Assembly: GCA_963728565.1 (NCBI GenBank)
Contig: CAVSLC010000018.1
Span: 32,001 to 96,000, forward strand
Source of the DNA: an uncultured delta proteobacterium
GTDB lineage: Bacteria; Desulfobacterota; Binatia; UBA9968
Direction: 5' to 3'
DNA: 64,000 nucleotides
Shown: piece after piece, positions 60,352 through 64,000 of the stretch
Layout: every line of letters starts with the position of its first letter
How positions within the stretch are numbered: the stretch's first letter is position 1
Notes under the pieces: generated by a model
What the model was told of the DNA's origin: nothing
The model's database searches: none
Seen by the model: the letters and a program-made list of their open reading frames with translations, nothing else
Program-made: the position numbers and the translations under genes

Positions 60352-61656
60352 ATGAAGTCACGATGGATTGGACTAATCGTCTTCCTTTCGTTTACAGCTA
60401 TCTTCTTTTCCCTGGCCGCGATGTCCATTCGAGATCTGGGCGATCACTCTGCCTGGGCAGATGATGACGATAAGCTGCCGTTTCCGAAGAACGCGACGGT
60501 TACGACTCTGATCACAACACCCCGATCAATCGAGGGGTTGACGGGAGACAATCATGATAACTTATATACCGGTGGTTGGGGTGCGTCTCCTTGCCCTGTT
60601 TGGAAAATCAACCTCCACAAGCCTAGTCTCGTTCCAGTTGGATTTATACAATCCGCCGAAAACTGCATTCTCCTGGGAATTGCATTTAACGAGAACGGCG
60701 ACCTTTTCGTGGCTGACGGCCTTGCCGGGATCGTCTACACATTTACCCCAAACAGCCAGACTCCGCCCAGCGCCGTAATTTTCGCTTCTGCTCCGGGAGC
60801 CAACAGCATGGCCTTCGATAAGAAGGGAAACCTCTGGCTGACTGATGGGACTACGGGCCAGGGCAGAGTTTGGAAAATAACCGGCCCGGGCGCCAACTGT
60901 ACATCGACGCCGGCAGTTAACTGCGAAGAAGTTTTTCGTGTCCAACCGATGGCCAATGAGGTCAATCTAAATGCGGCCGGAGTGGGTGGTGTGGGACGTG
61001 ACGTCCGTGTCCTGCCCCAAGGTATGATCACCGTGACACCGACGTCGCGCAACGCCGCCGACACTCTCGCTTCGCAGCCGCTGGTGGCCAATGGCATCGC
61101 CTTCGACAAAAATGGAGATACACTATTCATCGCCGATACGGCGCGAGGAGCCATCTGGAAGGCGACGTTCAGCCCCAACGGCGACTTAAAAAGCAAGACC
61201 GGCTGCGATACCACCTTCACGCCCAACACCCTTTGTCTGGACAATGTCTTTGTCGCGCATCCCTACCTCGAAAGTGCTGACGGGATCGTATTGGATCAAG
61301 GCGAAAACATATGGGTCAGTCTTCCCGAACGCCAAGCCATCGTAGTTGTGACGAAGAACGGGAAAGTGATTGAAGTGTTCCGTAATCCGGTCAACTCACC
61401 GAGCGGGATTGGTCTAAGGAACGCGGGTGATCAATCAGTAGGAAACAACCACATTCTTGAATCTCCAACGGTTCCCTTCCTGATGGGAAAGGTGTTCTGC
61501 ACGGCTCAGGATGATACGGGCAGGCGGGATAATTCCCCCCGACGGGAAGGCGAAGTCAGTGGCGGCCAACCCCAAGATGGCGCAATTCCTCTGGCCAAGA
61601 TCTCCTGCATGGATCAAGAGTTAAAAATTTCTGGTCTACGCTTACCCATCGACTAG
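60352..61656 (+). CDS. Secreted SMP-30/gluconolactonase-like beta-propeller protein
   Basis: Signal peptide; repeated GIAF..GDLFVAD / NSMAFD..GNLW / NGIAFD..LFIADT blades. Confidence 0.75.
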   Translation: MKSRWIGLIVFLSFTAIFFSLAAMSIRDLGDHSAWADDDDKLPFPKNATVTTLITTPRSIEGLTGDNHDNLYTGGWGASPCPVWKINLHKPSLVPVGFIQSAENCILLGIAFNENGDLFVADGLAGIVYTFTPNSQTPPSAVIFASAPGANSMAFDKKGNLWLTDGTTGQGRVWKITGPGANCTSTPAVNCEEVFRVQPMANEVNLNAAGVGGVGRDVRVLPQGMITVTPTSRNAADTLASQPLVANGIAFDKNGDTLFIADTARGAIWKATFSPNGDLKSKTGCDTTFTPNTLCLDNVFVAHPYLESADGIVLDQGENIWVSLPERQAIVVVTKNGKVIEVFRNPVNSPSGIGLRNAGDQSVGNNHILESPTVPFLMGKVFCTAQDDTGRRDNSPRREGEVSGGQPQDGAIPLAKISCMDQELKISGLRLPID

Positions 61657-61830
61657 CCGACGGACTTGAGGTGACCGAGTCGTCGGGATCAAATGCAATG
61701 ACAACACTGCGCTTGGACGTTTCCCAAGCGGAGATGTGAGAACGAACCCGCAGTCAGCACCACACCTTGGTTCAGACGGTGTAAAGAAAAAAACGGATAG
61801 GATTCAACCAGTCAGCACAAGGAGGATGAT

Positions 61831-62379
61831 ATGAAAAAGCTAGTGATGATCACGGTAATGGCAATAACCATGATCGCAAGCGTGAGCAGAGGCATGGTCA
61901 GTGCAGATGATGGAAAAAAAGTAGCTATCAAGGGACTCGAAACCTTCGAGACTAACGCCCTCTTTCTAAGCAATCTAAGATTTGCCCCGGAAACCATCAA
62001 GGTAGAGAAGGGAGACACGGTGACCTGGAAGGATGATGCTTTGACTTCAGTGCCCCACACCATCACCATCTTTGACCCCACAGTCCTGCCCGTTGACTTT
62101 GCCACAGCCTACATCTGTAACTGGGATAAGAGAATCCTCGGCGTTGACGGCCCTTGCTTGGAGTTTATGGACGCCCACGGAGGGATACCTCCTACAATGC
62201 CGGTGGTTAGCGCCGGGCGCAACGGACTCGACGTTGCCGGCGACTCAATCTTTCTGCCACCGAATGGCTCCGTCAGTGCTCAGGTTGCGGCCGCTCCCGG
62301 CACCACACTCCACTATATTTGTATCATCCATCCGTGGATGCAGGGTTCGATTACGATAGAGGACAAGAGACGGGAGTAA
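61831..62379 (+). CDS. Secreted cupredoxin (type-1 copper) protein
   Basis: FAPETIKVEKGDTVTW, PHT, YICIIHPWMQG. Confidence 0.85.
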   Translation: MKKLVMITVMAITMIASVSRGMVSADDGKKVAIKGLETFETNALFLSNLRFAPETIKVEKGDTVTWKDDALTSVPHTITIFDPTVLPVDFATAYICNWDKRILGVDGPCLEFMDAHGGIPPTMPVVSAGRNGLDVAGDSIFLPPNGSVSAQVAAAPGTTLHYICIIHPWMQGSITIEDKRRE

Positions 62380-62687
62380 TAGACAAGCCCAAGCAGGGCA
62401 ACGGCGAAGCGGCTGGTATCGGCCTGCAGCGATACGCGCCGCTGGGCTTATCACAGGCAGGAGCCGTTTGACAGCGAAGTTCGCGGTCGGATAGGCTCTA
62501 GACCAATCCAACAACCTCGCTTCTCCACTCATCGCGATTAGCCAAAATGACAGTTCTCTTCGCCTAGATTTAGGAGAACTTTGATGAGATCGCTCCAGTC
62601 ATTAAGAATAGCAATTTGCAAGCGCCGACTGAGCAACTGGTAAGTGGCGAAGGCCAAAGTCGCTAGCGCACGTTAGATGGAGGTAAC

Positions 62688-63665
62688 GTGCTTAGAAGGA
62701 CGTCTGCTTTTACGCTGGGGTTTTTATTTCTACAGACTTTCTACCCGGCTCACGCGCAGCAGCCAACAAAGATTGCTCGGATAGGCTATCTGAACCCCGG
62801 GGATCCGGTGAGCAGAGCTTATCGCACCGAGGCATTCAGGCAAGGACTGAAAGAGCTCGGCTACATCGAGGGGAAAAACATTATTATCGAGTACCGGTTT
62901 GCAGACGCCAGGCCGGAACGGTTACCCGAATTAGCGCGGGAGTTCGTGGATCTCAAGGTCGACATCATCTTTGCAGGGAGCGGGCCAGCAACGGAGGCCG
63001 CTAAAAACGCGACACAAATTATTCCGATAGTCACAAGCAATCAAGACCCGGTTTCGTTGGGATTTGTCAACGGCTTATCGCGATCGGGCGGGAACGTTAC
63101 TGGACTGACCAACCTCACCTCCGAGCTGGGCGGCAAACGGCTGGAGCTGCTCAAGGAGGCGATTCCACAGCTCTCCCGAATCGCCGTCGTTTGGACTCCC
63201 AGTACTCCCACGTCCATAACCTGGAGAAGAATTGAGGTTGCGGCTAGATCCCTCGGGGTGCAACTCCAGGCAGCGGAGGTAAGAAAGCGAGACGATTTAG
63301 AGCCCGCACTAGCAGCGCTAAAAGAATACCGTCCTGAGGCCCTGTTCATGATACGAAGTCCCATCGTTAATGACCTGACAAAACGGATCGTGAACTTGGC
63401 GGGCAAGAGTCAGCTCCCGTCCATCTACGATGAAAAGAGATTTCCAGAGCTCGGTGGCCTCATGAGTTATGGAACCGATCTGGCTGGTGTAGACCGGCGC
63501 GCGGCAGTCTACATTGATAAGATCCTCAAGGGAGCCAAGCCGGCGGAGCTCCCGATTGAACGGCCGACGAAGTTCGAGCTGGTGATCAACCTCAGGACTG
63601 CCAAACTATTGGGATTGAAAATTCCTGCGCACCTGCTCATGGAGTCAGCCGCGGTGATTGAGTGA
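62688..63665 (+). CDS. ABC_sub_bind-type substrate-binding protein
   Basis: AFRQGLKELGYIEGKNI, GGNVTG, KRLELLKE, PTKFELVINLRTA. Confidence 0.9.
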   Translation: MLRRTSAFTLGFLFLQTFYPAHAQQPTKIARIGYLNPGDPVSRAYRTEAFRQGLKELGYIEGKNIIIEYRFADARPERLPELAREFVDLKVDIIFAGSGPATEAAKNATQIIPIVTSNQDPVSLGFVNGLSRSGGNVTGLTNLTSELGGKRLELLKEAIPQLSRIAVVWTPSTPTSITWRRIEVAARSLGVQLQAAEVRKRDDLEPALAALKEYRPEALFMIRSPIVNDLTKRIVNLAGKSQLPSIYDEKRFPELGGLMSYGTDLAGVDRRAAVYIDKILKGAKPAELPIERPTKFELVINLRTAKLLGLKIPAHLLMESAAVIE

Positions 63666-63821
63666 GTCGATTTTGGATTTTCGGCTGCAAACTCTTCAGC
63701 ACGCTTTTTGGACTTTGGTTGGGGAGAAGGCGAGCAATATTCGCGGATCAATGTCGTTTTGAATAGAAGGTTTTATGAACTACTCGGTTAGCGCTTCGGT
63801 GAAAGCAGTCAGCGGGCGAGT

Positions 63822-64000
63822 ATGGCTGCACGAATTCAAAAGCTAACGTCGACAATCCAAATCAGCCAGGGTAGGCGGAAGCGCGGCCGTCTTGTTCGCC
63901 ACTACTTCCTGATCTCCCTGGTTCTGATCAGCGGCGGGCTTATCACTAGCGGAGTCAGCGAACTTTATTTCCGTTATCGCGAGAGTGCGGCAGATCTTGT
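63822..64000 (+). CDS. N-terminus of a probable membrane sensor protein (3' truncated)
   Basis: Open to window end: RGRLVRHYFLISLVLISGGLITSGVSELYF, a TM1-like segment. Confidence 0.5.
   Translation, partial: MAARIQKLTSTIQISQGRRKRGRLVRHYFLISLVLISGGLITSGVSELYFRYRESAADL

Noticed and set aside
62506-62678. attC-like ATCCAAC...GTTAGAT ends (similar weak ends near 54251-54328)
   Set aside because: Too long or imperfect ends, no clear internal L-box symmetry, and no integrase or cassette array
63775-63846. ATG 63775 as start of the final gene
   Set aside because: Hits TAA at 63844; the open frame begins at ATG 63822

Overview
A 64-kb bacterial chromosomal segment of moderately high GC. The gene content resembles Candidatus Binatia / soil 'Deltaproteobacteria' (inference): many orphan NMT1/THI5-like binding proteins, amidohydrolases, an LLM oxidoreductase and a FQPDTL...LLAVLED hypothetical. 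It carries mostly transport and catabolic genes: CopA C-terminus, a TPP enzyme, a LigJ-like hydratase, an HpcH aldolase, RND and YbhGFSR-like efflux systems, TAXI/Tct/HAAT uptake systems, a benzoate-CoA-ligase-like enzyme, and an xth + LigD phosphoesterase pair. The most striking structure is at 8.5-12 kb. Two ~98% identical ~410-bp inverted repeats each carry paired enhancer-like palindromes, a sigma54 -24/-12 promoter, an identical Flp pilin and the first 10 codons of a Cys4 microprotein. They face outward from an NtrC/PilR-like activator whose phospho-acceptor Asp is replaced by Glu. Also present: several MITE/short-repeat elements (one in frame inside an ABC ATPase), a sigma54-driven 25-aa membrane peptide missing from the ORF track, and about seven small frameshifts that probably reflect sequencing error. 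No rRNA, tRNA, CRISPR array or transposase was recognised.
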